Of a stretch of 64,000 nt of DNA, positions 1 through 18,281 are shown piece by piece. Both the position numbers and the translations under genes were made by a program. The notes beneath the pieces were generated by a model. The model was not told the origin of the DNA and did not search any database. It saw only the letters and a list, made by a program, of their open reading frames with translations. The first letter of the stretch is position 1. Each line of letters begins with the position of its first letter. This DNA comes from Myxococcota bacterium (GTDB lineage Bacteria; Myxococcota_A; UBA9042; PHBI01; JAWLBL01), in assembly GCA_041687695.1 (NCBI GenBank), contig JAWLBL010000003.1, positions 215,660 through 279,659 of the forward strand, in the 5' to 3' direction.

Positions 1-181
1 GTCGCGGCCTCCGGCCGGGGGTGGTCAAGGCTTGCGAGGTCACGGTGCGACTGCCCCTCGCGGGACCCGTGGCCTCCCTCAACGTCAGCGTCTTCGCGGG
101 GATCGCGCTGGCCGAGGCCACCCGTCAGAGACACGCCGCGCGACCCCTCGACAAAGGGGCATGAAGGTCGCGATTCGCTGG

Positions 182-210
182 TTGACAGGCCCGAACGCCT
201 CTCGTATAAG
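182..210 (+). promoter_or_regulatory. sigma70-type promoter of the tRNA-tuf operon
   Basis: TTGACA(182-187)-N17-TATAAG(205-210), followed by a GC-rich discriminator, upstream of tRNA-Thr. Confidence 0.75.
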
Positions 211-257
211 GCGCCTCTCGCTTGGGCCGACCCCTACCGGCCGGTCCGGCGGGTCAC

Positions 258-330
258 GCTGGCGTAGCTCAACTGGCAGAGCAGCTGATTTGTAATCAGC
301 AGGTTGCGGGTTCGACTCCCACCGTCAGCT
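258..330 (+). tRNA. tRNA-Thr(UGU)
   Basis: GCTGGCG/CGTCAGC acceptor stem, anticodon loop TTTGTAA, GGTTCGACT T-loop; CCA not encoded. Confidence 0.95.
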
Positions 331-387
331 CCGACAAGCGTCAAGCTCTTTACAGGTTCAGTCCTACCACGACCGTAGAACGTGTGT

Positions 388-470
388 GGAGGGGTGCCCG
401 AGTGGCCAAAGGGAGCAGGCTGTAAACCTGCCGGCTTACGCCTTCGAAGGTTCGAATCCTTCCCCCTCCA
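388..470 (+). tRNA. tRNA-Tyr(GUA)
   Basis: GGAGGGG/CCCCTCC stem, CTGTAAA anticodon loop, long variable arm, GGTTCGAATCC. Confidence 0.95.
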
Positions 471-507
471 CTCCCTACGTCCCGGCCGCGTCGTGGCGAT
501 CCAGCGT

Positions 508-583
<76 letters not shown>

Positions 584-632
584 ACCTCGGCCTGCGCTGG
601 CCGGGTCGCTGGCGCGCCCGGGCGTACCCGAT

Positions 633-707
<75 letters not shown>

Positions 708-877
708 TCCGCCGTCCGGCTGCGCGCTGAGACGGCGACCACGCAGTGCGGTCTGGCTGCTATCCGCAGCAGCCCCCTATTTCCCTGGGGGGCGACCTGC
801 TCAAACAAGTAGAGCGACCGTCGCACTCGCGTCCGATTCGGACGAGGCACGGCCAGTCACCTCCGAGGAGAGACGAC

Positions 878-2071
<1,194 letters not shown>

Positions 2072-2095
2072 TCTCGCTCCCAGCCTGCCCAACTC

Positions 2096-2124
2096 GAAGG
2101 GAGGTGGCGACGCCACCTCCCTTC
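2096..2124 (+). terminator. Perfect 14-bp inverted repeat after tuf
   Basis: GAAGGGAGGTGGCG-A-CGCCACCTCCCTTC; no long U tract. Confidence 0.5.
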
Positions 2125-2143
2125 AGCTTATCGAGGTGATGAC

Positions 2144-2320
2144 ATGGCCAAGGGCAATCGCGTGATCGTGACGCTCGAGTGCACGGAGGCCCGCGCCGAA
2201 GGCGCCCCGCCGAGCCGCTACACGACCACCAAGAACAAGAAGACGACCCCGAAGCGCCTGGAGAAGCGGAAGTACAACCCCTTCCTGCGGCGTTACACGG
2301 TCCATCGCGAGACGAAGTAG
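2144..2320 (+). CDS. rpmG: 50S ribosomal protein L33 (58 aa, not in the ORF track)
   Basis: Manual translation [67 protein letters not shown]; tuf-rpmG-tRNATrp-secE synteny. Confidence 0.95.
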   Translation: MAKGNRVIVTLECTEARAEGAPPSRYTTTKNKKTTPKRLEKRKYNPFLRRYTVHRETK

Positions 2321-2488
2321 CCTCGCGTCTTCATCCGGGGCCGCGAGGCGCCCTCTCGGGGCGGCCTCGCGGATCACCGACGCCGATCGAGCTCTCGGGG
2401 ATTATAGCTTGACCGGGTCGGTAGACCCTGTATATGGTTCGCGCCCCGTTGGCCCGGAAGGCCCAGCGGCGGGTCTCGATAGCATTGT

Positions 2489-2564
2489 AGGCCAGTAGCT
2501 CCAACGGTAGAGCGCCGGACTCCAAATCCGGATGTTGGGGGTTCGAATCCCTCCTGGCCTGCCA
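2489..2564 (+). tRNA. tRNA-Trp(CCA)
   Basis: AGGCCAG/CTGGCCT stem, CTCCAAA loop, ends GCCA. Confidence 0.95.
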
Positions 2565-2667
2565 TCAACCTGGTGCCACAGCGGCACGACGCACTGAGCC
2601 CTGCGTAATCCAAGCCCCTCCGCGTCTGCGCGGCTCGGGCTTACCAACCGTGAGGCGCAACGGAACG

Positions 2668-3051
2668 ATGGGTGTCGCTCGCTACGTCAACATGGCCTTC
2701 GTGGCCGTTGGCCTCCTCGGCTGGATCATCTTCGCCGAGCTGTTCGGATTCATCCTGAGCCTCTTCGGCGCTGGGGCGAACATGCCGCTCATCGGCGTGA
2801 ACTTCCGGCTCGCGGACCTCATCGGCCTCATCGCCGCGGCGGCCTTGGCGATCGGGCTCCGTCGCAACGAGAAGGTCTCGACCTACGCCCTCGAGGTCGG
2901 CAACGAGCTCTCGAAGGTGACCTGGCCGTCCTGGCCCGAGACCAAGCTGGCCACGGTGGTCGTCATCATCACGACCGTCGTCATCGCCCTCATCCTGGGC
3001 GCTTTCGACTGGCTGTGGTCGGCGCTCTCGGGGCTGGTATACGACGTTTGA
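2668..3051 (+). CDS. secE: Preprotein translocase subunit SecE (3-TM form)
   Basis: ELSKVTWPS motif, three hydrophobic segments, lies before nusG; start uncertain (2650 GTG or 2668 ATG). Confidence 0.92.
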   Translation: MGVARYVNMAFVAVGLLGWIIFAELFGFILSLFGAGANMPLIGVNFRLADLIGLIAAAALAIGLRRNEKVSTYALEVGNELSKVTWPSWPETKLATVVVIITTVVIALILGAFDWLWSALSGLVYDV

Positions 3052-3104
3052 GGTCGGTCGGGGCGTCTGCCTCTGCCCCTCACGGCTCCCTGGAGAACGA
3101 GACC

Positions 3105-3638
3105 ATGGCCATGAAGTGGTACGCCGTCGGCACCTTCTCGGGGTTCGAGGCGCGCGCCAAGCAGCTGCTGCAGGAGAACATCAAGACGGCCGGTCTCGAC
3201 GACCGGTTCGGCGAGATCCTCGTGCCGACCGAGGAGGTCGTCGAGCTCCGTGGCGGCGCCCGGCGCACCACGCAGCGCAAGCTCATGCCGGGCTACATGT
3301 TCGTCGAGATGGAGATGGACGGCGAGACCTGGCACTGCGTCAAGAACACGCAGAAGATCACCGGCTTCATCGGGGACGACAAGAACCCCAAGCCGATGAG
3401 CTCGCGCGAGGTCAAGGCGCTCACGCAGCAGATCGAGGAGTCCGGGACCAAGGTGACGCACAAGCGCACCTTCGAGGAGGGCAGCACCGTCCGCGTCATC
3501 GACGGACCCTTCCTCAACTTCAGCGGCGTGGTCGAAGAGGTCATGCCGCAAAAGCAGAAGGTCCGCGTGCTGGTCAGCATCTTCGGCCGCGCTACGCCGG
3601 TCGAGCTCGACTTCATGCAAGTCGAGTCGATGTCATAG
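3105..3638 (+). CDS. nusG: Transcription elongation factor NusG
   Basis: [45 protein letters not shown]. Confidence 0.97.
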   Translation: MAMKWYAVGTFSGFEARAKQLLQENIKTAGLDDRFGEILVPTEEVVELRGGARRTTQRKLMPGYMFVEMEMDGETWHCVKNTQKITGFIGDDKNPKPMSSREVKALTQQIEESGTKVTHKRTFEEGSTVRVIDGPFLNFSGVVEEVMPQKQKVRVLVSIFGRATPVELDFMQVESMS

Positions 3639-3740
3639 CCCTTGTCATTAGGTCGGCAGGTCCTTGACCACGCCCCCGTCGGGTGACGGGGCCGGCCCGT
3701 CCGGCGGCGTGGGAGATCTGTTGCCAAGGAGTTTCGAGTC

Positions 3741-4163
3741 ATGGCGAAGAAGATCACCGGCTACGTGAAGCTGCAGGTCCCCGCGGGCCGCGCGAACCCC
3801 TCGCCGCCCGTGGGTCCGGCTCTCGGTCAGCAGGGCGTGAACATCATGCAGTTCTGCAAGGAGTTCAACGCGCGCACCCAGGCGCAGATGGGCATGATCA
3901 TCCCGGTCGTCATCACGGTGTACGCGGACCGGTCGTTCACGTTCGTCACCAAGACCCCTCCCGCCTCGGACCTCATCAAGAAGGCCGCCGGGATCGAGAA
4001 GGGCTCGGGGATCCCGAACCGCGTCAAGGTCGGCAAGCTCACCCAGGCCCAGGTCCAGCAGATCGCCGAGCAGAAGATGCCCGATCTGTACGCGAACGAC
4101 CTGGACACGGCGGTCAAGACGATTGCCGGCACCGCTCGCAGCATGGGCGTCGAGATCGTCTGA
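3741..4163 (+). CDS. rplK: 50S ribosomal protein L11
   Basis: [27 protein letters not shown]. Confidence 0.99.
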   Translation: MAKKITGYVKLQVPAGRANPSPPVGPALGQQGVNIMQFCKEFNARTQAQMGMIIPVVITVYADRSFTFVTKTPPASDLIKKAAGIEKGSGIPNRVKVGKLTQAQVQQIAEQKMPDLYANDLDTAVKTIAGTARSMGVEIV

Positions 4164-4239
4164 GGGGACCCTCGGACCGACCCGCGACCACAACCGTCGG
4201 TAGGAGGGGCGTGGCCCCGCTGACTACCCGGAGCACGAC

Positions 4240-4941
4240 ATGGCAAAGAACGGAAAGAAGTTCCGAGCGGCGGCTGAGAAGGTCGACCGCGCCAAGCGTT
4301 ACGAGCTCGACGAGGCCGTCAAGCTCGTGAAGGACACCAGCACGACCAAGTTCGACGGCACCGTCGACGCGGCCGTGCGCCTGGGCGTGAACCCCCGTCA
4401 CGCCGACCAGATGGTCCGCGGCGCGGTCGTGCTCCCGCACGGCACGGGCCGGACCGTCCGCGTCGCCGTCTTCGCCAAGGGCGACAAGGCGCGCGAGGCC
4501 GAGGAGGCGGGGGCCGACATCGTCGGCGCCGAGGAGCTGGTCAACAAGATCAAGGATGGCTGGCTCGAGTTCGACATGGCGATCGCCACGCCGGACATGA
4601 TGGGCCTCGTCGGCCGCGTCGGTCGCGTCCTCGGCCCGCGCGGGCTGATGCCGAACCCCAAGTCGGGCTCGGTGACGCAGGACGTCGGTCAGGCCGTGCG
4701 CGACTCCAAGGGCGGCAAGGTCGACTTCCGCGTCGAGAAGGCCGGCATCATCCACGCCCGCATCGGCAAGGTCTCCTTCGGCGAGCAGCAGCTGGCCGAG
4801 AACCTGCGTGCCCTGGTCGACCAGCTGCAGAAGCTGAAGCCGTCGACCGCCAAGGGCGTGTACCTCAAGAGCATCTCTCTGTCGGCGACGATGGGCCCCG
4901 GGGTCAAGGTGAACCCGGGATCGGTCTTGTCGGCGGAGTAG
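4240..4941 (+). CDS. rplA: 50S ribosomal protein L1
   Basis: [26 protein letters not shown]. Confidence 0.99.
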   Translation: MAKNGKKFRAAAEKVDRAKRYELDEAVKLVKDTSTTKFDGTVDAAVRLGVNPRHADQMVRGAVVLPHGTGRTVRVAVFAKGDKAREAEEAGADIVGAEELVNKIKDGWLEFDMAIATPDMMGLVGRVGRVLGPRGLMPNPKSGSVTQDVGQAVRDSKGGKVDFRVEKAGIIHARIGKVSFGEQQLAENLRALVDQLQKLKPSTAKGVYLKSISLSATMGPGVKVNPGSVLSAE

Positions 4942-5204
4942 CGAGACACCTCGCGATGGCCGGGTCCGCCCGGTCATCGCACGGGTGTGTCCAGGGTGGC
5001 CAGGCCCACCGCGGCAGGGGCGAACGGAGCTACCGCCAGCCCACGTCGCGGAGAGACGAACCACCTCGCCCCTCGGGGCAACATCGAAGCAGTGCCAGGT
5101 CCAATCCGGTCGTTGATCGTCGCAGAAGTCGGTGGGCGAGGCCCCCAATCGCGCCAGTCGGCGCGGCCGGCGGAGGCGGTGAGCGGTGGAAGCGGACCAC
5201 GATT

Positions 5205-5292
5205 CCCAGACTCGTACGCCCAAGGAGGGTTCGCCCCTCCCGGTTGGCGGCGCGGAAGCCGACCCGGCACCTGTCCCACCCTACGAAGGCCA
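5205..5292 (+). promoter_or_regulatory. Possible L10 leader (autogenous control structure)
   Basis: AGAC-TCGTA ... TACGA-AGG pairing with internal hairpins just upstream of rplJ; resemblance judged by eye only. Confidence 0.35.
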
Positions 5293-5327
5293 ACCGTGAC
5301 CCCACGGAGCCGCCTTCAGGAGGCACA

Positions 5328-5852
5328 ATGAACCGCCAGGAGAAAGCAGAGCAGGTCGAAGACATTCGCGGTCTCCTCGACGGTGCCCAGCTGGTCGTGC
5401 TCACGCACTACTCCGGCCTCGGCGTGGACGCGATGATGACGCTTCGGCGTCAGCTTCGCGGCGCACAGGCCGGCTACCGGGTCATGAAGAACACGTTGGC
5501 GAAGATCGCCACGGGGGATTCCGAGCTCCAGGGCCTCGCTCCCCACTTCAAGGGTCCGGTCGGCGTCGCGTTCACGAAGGTGGACCCGGCGGCTGCCGCC
5601 AAGGTGCTCGCGGACTTCGTCCGGGACAACCCGAAGCTGCAGATCCGCGCCGGCATCCTCCCGGGTGGCAAGGTGCTCGACGCCGCTGGCATCGACGCGC
5701 TCAGCCGCCTGCCGAGCCGCGATCAGCTGCGGGCGCAGTTGCTGGCCACGCTCAACGGCGTCGGCACGAAGTTCGTGCGGGTGCTGGCCGCCGTGCCCGG
5801 CGGGATGGTGAACGTCCTCGAGGCGCGTCGCCGTCAGCTCGCCGGTGAGTAG
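5328..5852 (+). CDS. rplJ: 50S ribosomal protein L10
   Basis: MNRQEK, VMKNTLAKIA, LPSRDQL; AGGAGG RBS. Confidence 0.97.
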   Translation: MNRQEKAEQVEDIRGLLDGAQLVVLTHYSGLGVDAMMTLRRQLRGAQAGYRVMKNTLAKIATGDSELQGLAPHFKGPVGVAFTKVDPAAAAKVLADFVRDNPKLQIRAGILPGGKVLDAAGIDALSRLPSRDQLRAQLLATLNGVGTKFVRVLAAVPGGMVNVLEARRRQLAGE

Positions 5853-5927
5853 ACCGAGCCCCCGACCGAGCCATCGGCGAGGTCACTGGTTCCAACCCAA
5901 CCCAACCAACGAGTCTGGAGAATAGAA

Positions 5928-6311
5928 ATGGCTGATATCACTCGTGCGCAGGTCAAGGAATATCTGAGCGGTCTGACGGTTCTCGAGCTGTCCGAGCTGG
6001 TCAAGGAGCTCGAGGAGGCCTGGGGCGTGTCGGCGGCGGCTCCGGTCGCGGTCGCGGCCGCGGCTCCGGGTGGCCCGGCGGCGCCGGCCGCCGAGGAGAA
6101 GACCGAGTTCGACGTCATCCTGACCGACGCCGGCGCTCAGAAGATCCAGGTGATCAAGGCGGTTCGCGAGGTGACGGGCCTGGGCCTCAAGGAGGCCAAG
6201 GACCTCGTCGACAACCCGCCGAAGCCCCTCAAGGAGGCCGTCTCCAAGGAGGAGGCCAACGACGTCAAGGCGAAGATCGAGGCCGCTGGCGGCAAGGTCG
6301 ACGTCAAGTAG
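5928..6311 (+). CDS. rplL: 50S ribosomal protein L7/L12
   Basis: [30 protein letters not shown]. Confidence 0.99.
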   Translation: MADITRAQVKEYLSGLTVLELSELVKELEEAWGVSAAAPVAVAAAAPGGPAAPAAEEKTEFDVILTDAGAQKIQVIKAVREVTGLGLKEAKDLVDNPPKPLKEAVSKEEANDVKAKIEAAGGKVDVK

Positions 6312-6476
6312 TTCCGCCAGGCCAGTCGGCGCGGCCCTCGGCAGGTGCACGTCACCCCGGGTCCGCGCCGTCTGGCCTTTGGTGTCTCACCGGCCCTGCG
6401 CGTCTCGCCAGGCACACCGGTTCGCCGAACAGCTCAGGTGTCCTGAGGCACATCCCAGATCGGTTGAGGAGGAAAC

Positions 6477-10589
<4,113 letters not shown>

Positions 10590-10621
10590 GGCCCGCCCCG
10601 ACGGCTCCAAGGAGGAGTGAC

Positions 10622-14746
<4,125 letters not shown>

Positions 14747-14796
14747 CACGCGACGGCGGGGGCTCCGCTCGAGGGCCCCCGCTCCGTCGATCCCAC

Positions 14797-14824
14797 TTGA
14801 CTTGCAGCCGGCGCTCTCTAGAAT
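14797..14824 (+). promoter_or_regulatory. Putative sigma70 promoter for rpsL
   Basis: TTGACT-N16-TAGAAT, preceded by a GC-rich hairpin after rpoC. Confidence 0.55.
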
Positions 14825-14883
14825 GCGCCTCCTTCCGAGAAGCCGCGTCGAACGCGGCGGCGTGAAGCGATAACGGGAGTACG

Positions 14884-15255
14884 ATGCCTACCATCAATCA
14901 GCTCGTCCGGCAGGGGCGAGAGAAGCAGCGTAACAAGACGGCCGCGCCGGCCCTCGAGGCGTGCCCGCAGAAGCGCGGCGTCTGCGTCCGCGTCTACACC
15001 TCGACCCCCAAGAAGCCGAACTCGGCCCTCCGCAAGATCGCCCGTGTGCGCCTGACCAACGGGATGGAGGTCACCTCCTACATCCCGGGCGAGGGGCACA
15101 ACCTGCAGGAGCACTCGCTGGTGCTCATCCGTGGCGGTCGTGTGAAGGACCTGCCGGGTGTCCGCTACCACATCATCCGCGGGACGCTCGACGCCAGCGG
15201 CGTGGCCAACCGTAAGCGCGGCCGCTCGAAGTACGGCACCAAGCGCGGGAAGTAA
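14884..15255 (+). CDS. rpsL: 30S ribosomal protein S12
   Basis: [29 protein letters not shown]. Confidence 0.99.
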   Translation: MPTINQLVRQGREKQRNKTAAPALEACPQKRGVCVRVYTSTPKKPNSALRKIARVRLTNGMEVTSYIPGEGHNLQEHSLVLIRGGRVKDLPGVRYHIIRGTLDASGVANRKRGRSKYGTKRGK

Positions 15256-15264
15256 GAGGAAGTC

Positions 15265-15735
15265 ATGCCGAGAAAGCGCGAAGTACCCAAGCGGCACATC
15301 AACCCCGACCCGAAGTTCCACGACACGTTGGTCGCCAAGTTCGTCAACGTGCTCATGTACGACGGGAAGAAGTCGACCGCCGAACAGATCCTGTACGCGG
15401 CGTTCGATCGCATCGCCGAGCGTGCGAACGAGGATCCCGTCCGCGTCTTCAAGAAGGCGGTCGAGAACGTCAAGCCTCAGCTCGAGGTGAAGTCGCGCCG
15501 CGTGGGCGGGTCGAACTACCAGGTCCCCGTCGAGGTCCGGCCCGAGCGCAAGACCGCGCTCGCGATGCGCTGGATCGCGCAGTACGCCCGGCAGCGTGGC
15601 GAGAAGTCGATGATCGAGAAGCTCGCCGGCGAGCTGCTCGACGCGTCGGCCAACCGCGGCTCCGCCGTGAAGAAGAAGGACGACACGCACCGCATGGCCG
15701 AGGCCAACAAGGCCTTCGCGCACTATCGCTGGTAG
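15265..15735 (+). CDS. rpsG: 30S ribosomal protein S7
   Basis: [28 protein letters not shown]. Confidence 0.99.
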   Translation: MPRKREVPKRHINPDPKFHDTLVAKFVNVLMYDGKKSTAEQILYAAFDRIAERANEDPVRVFKKAVENVKPQLEVKSRRVGGSNYQVPVEVRPERKTALAMRWIAQYARQRGEKSMIEKLAGELLDASANRGSAVKKKDDTHRMAEANKAFAHYRW

Positions 15736-15757
15736 CCTGTCTCCCGAGGTACTCCCG

Positions 15758-15797
15758 GAAGAGCCGGTCCGCGTGGCGGGCCGGCTCTTCGCATTTT
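15758..15797 (+). terminator. Intrinsic terminator after rpsG
   Basis: GAAGAGCCGGTCCGC-GTG-GCGGGCCGGCTCTTC followed by GCATTTT. Confidence 0.75.
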
Positions 15798-16344
15798 GGA
15801 GCCGCCTCAACGGCCGGAGAGTCGGCAGCCCGCACTCGCGACGTGCGCCGCCGTTCAGCTGCACTCAGCGCGGCCGTTGGCCCGTGGCGCATCGAGTGGT
15901 CGAGGTCGTGACCTGCCGACCGCAGCACGAGTCCCGCCGTGCGCCACGGAGTGCGGGGAGCGCGGAGCGCTCGCACGCGGTGCCCAGCGCGCTCCGACGG
16001 GGCTGCACGGCCTGGTACGCACGCTTTGGGGACGGGGAGACGGCCCGATCCGATCGCCGCCTAGCCTACCCAGCACCAAGCAACTGCTTGGCTTGCGTTT
16101 GTCACGCGATCCGATGCGAGGGCAACGCCTGGCGCCGCGGAGCGGTCACGCCGCAGGTCGAGTCCTTCGGGCGCGCCGAAAATCGTCGAAGCTCGGCGAG
16201 GTTCGGAGCAACCCATGCAACGGGGCTGCGTCACTGGACCCGCGTCGAGCTTGAAGGCCCGAACGCCTCCCTCGAGGCGCGAGGCCAGGCGATCAGCGCC
16301 GAGCTTCTTGACCGCGCTGTGTCAGGCCCAGGCCTACGCCATTC

Positions 16345-16731
16345 GAAGGCGCCGCCGCGAGTGCCGCTGCGGCGCGCTCGACGCCGGTCGGTCCGGCACC
16401 AAAGGCGCGGCCGCGAGTGACGCCGCGGCGCGCTCGGCGCCGGTCGGTCCGGCACCGAAGGCGTGGCCGCGAGTGCCGCCGCGGCGCGCTCGGCTTCGGT
16501 CGGTCCGGCACCGAAGGCGCGGCCGCGAGTGCCGCTGCGGCGCGCTCGACGCCGGTCGGTCCGGAACCAAAGGCGCGGCCGCGATCCGCCGCGGCGCGCT
16601 CGGCGCCGGTCGGTCCGGCACCGAAGGCGTGGCCGCGAGTGCCGCCGCGGCGCGCTCGGCTTCGGTCGGTCCGGGCACCGAAGGCGCGGCCGCGAGTGCT
16701 GCCGCGGCGCGCTCGGCGGCGGTCGGGCCGG
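16345..16731. repeat. Tandem array of ~7 x 56-bp GC-rich units
   Basis: Unit GAAGGCGCGGCCGCGAGTGCCGCYGCGGCGCGCTCGRCGCCGGTCGGTCCGGCACC; starts at 16345, 16401, 16457, 16513, 16569, 16623, 16680. Confidence 0.92.
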
Positions 16732-17192
16732 CCGCGAGCTGGGACGCTTGGCCTGGGGTGCCGTCTTTGGCCTGGGCCGCCGCATCGGGAGCGGCGACGT
16801 CTCGCGGGACGGGCCGGTGGCGGTGACTCCGAACGGAGGGGTCGGCCGGGTCGCAGTCCCAATGAGCGTCGGGACGGGCGCTGGTTGGCACGGTGGCGTC
16901 GTCCGCGCTTTGGGGCCCGGACCGATCATGACCGCGTCACGAGAAGTTCGATCAGCCGCTCCACACCGGCTGGGCCGCGGGCTCTTCAGAGCGGAGATGA
17001 TCGGCTATGCGCACGTCATGCCAGCGGCGGGGGCCGCGGGCGCGGCGGGGGGTACGCGCTGAAGGTAGGTGGCCGAACGGGGGGCGGCGCCCGTCCGTCT
17101 CGGACGCAACCAGCCTCCAATCGCTCGCAACCCGTGTGGCTGCATCGGGACGCCGGATGGACCCTGGCCTTACCCTAGCCTGCCTTTCTCAC

Positions 17193-18200
17193 CAGCTCCT
17201 GCTGCGGACGGGGCTGGCACCGCTCCTCCGCGGCGTTCTCGCTCCGGCGGGTTCGACGTACCTACAGTTACGCCTTCACCGACCTCTGCTCCGAGCACCG
17301 CGGATCTGCGCCACCATCCCTCGCCCTCGCTACGGATCTGGTGAGGAACGCAGGCTATACCCTTGAAGAGGCGCAGGATGCCGTGACGTTGCGGCGGGAA
17401 CCCGCCCCGCGCGGCGGTTCTCGATCGGATCCTCCGACGGCCGGCCCGCTGGTGAGGAGATGCCGTCCAGGGCGGGAGCGACGGTACCAACGTGAACGCC
17501 CGGCCACTCGGGTCGCGCTCGCCAAGCAGCCGGAGGTCATCGTCGATGGTCGTTGGTACGGCGACGGCTACCCAGGGCCTGCGCCCCTGGACCCGCGCCG
17601 AGAGCAAGTCCGTGGTCCCGTTCGTCGTCGGCCCGATCTGAACAGCCACGGCTGGATCGGCGGGAGCGATGAGATGCCCGCGGAGCGGCGGGTGCTGTCG
17701 AGCGGGCGTTCGCGCCCGAGACGGCGCGGCTGGAGCGCCGAGGACGCGACTGGATTGCTCCTTGGCACGAGCGGGCGCCTGCATGACTATGTCGCAGCCG
17801 TGCGAAGGAGTCCGTCGACCCCCTTCGCCGAGGGGGCCTTAGTGATGCATGGGATTCGCCGCGTCGGCGGCGATCGAGGTCCTGCGGGGGACCCAACGGT
17901 CCAGAGTGGACGTGGGCTCGAGCGGCGAGGCTCGAGGCCGACACGGAGCGGCAGACGCCGGCTTCCAGACCCAGGACCGACCCTCCGTCGGCGTCGCTGT
18001 CCGACGCGCACGGTTCGACAGCTCCTACTTCGGGCGGGGCTGGCACCGCACGTTCGCGGCGTGCTCACGCCGGACGGCCCGACGTACCATGGAGAGTACG
18101 AGGCGGCGTCACTGACGGTCCGAGACAAAGCGCTGCCAGCCACTCGGGTCTGGGGCGCCCTCCCTCGTTCTCGCTACGGATCGGGTGAGCGGCGCGGGCT
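17193..18200 (+). repeat. Diverged direct repeat pair (17193-17356 and 18019-18200), possible pseudogene relic
   Basis: Both copies share CAGCTCCT..GGGGCTGGCACCGC..CGCGGCGT..GACGTACC and TCCCTCG..CTCGCTACGGATC.GGTGAG. Confidence 0.7.
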
Positions 18201-18281
18201 CGGGACGCCGCGGCCGCGAGCGCCCCGGCTAGCGAGGCGGCGAGTCGGTTCAATGAGGACGGCCCCTTAGAGGATCCAAGC

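Noticed and set aside
16215..17178. Overlapping Arg/Ala/Pro-rich ORFs across the 56-bp array
   Set aside because: Open in nearly all frames on both strands; unit length not a multiple of 3
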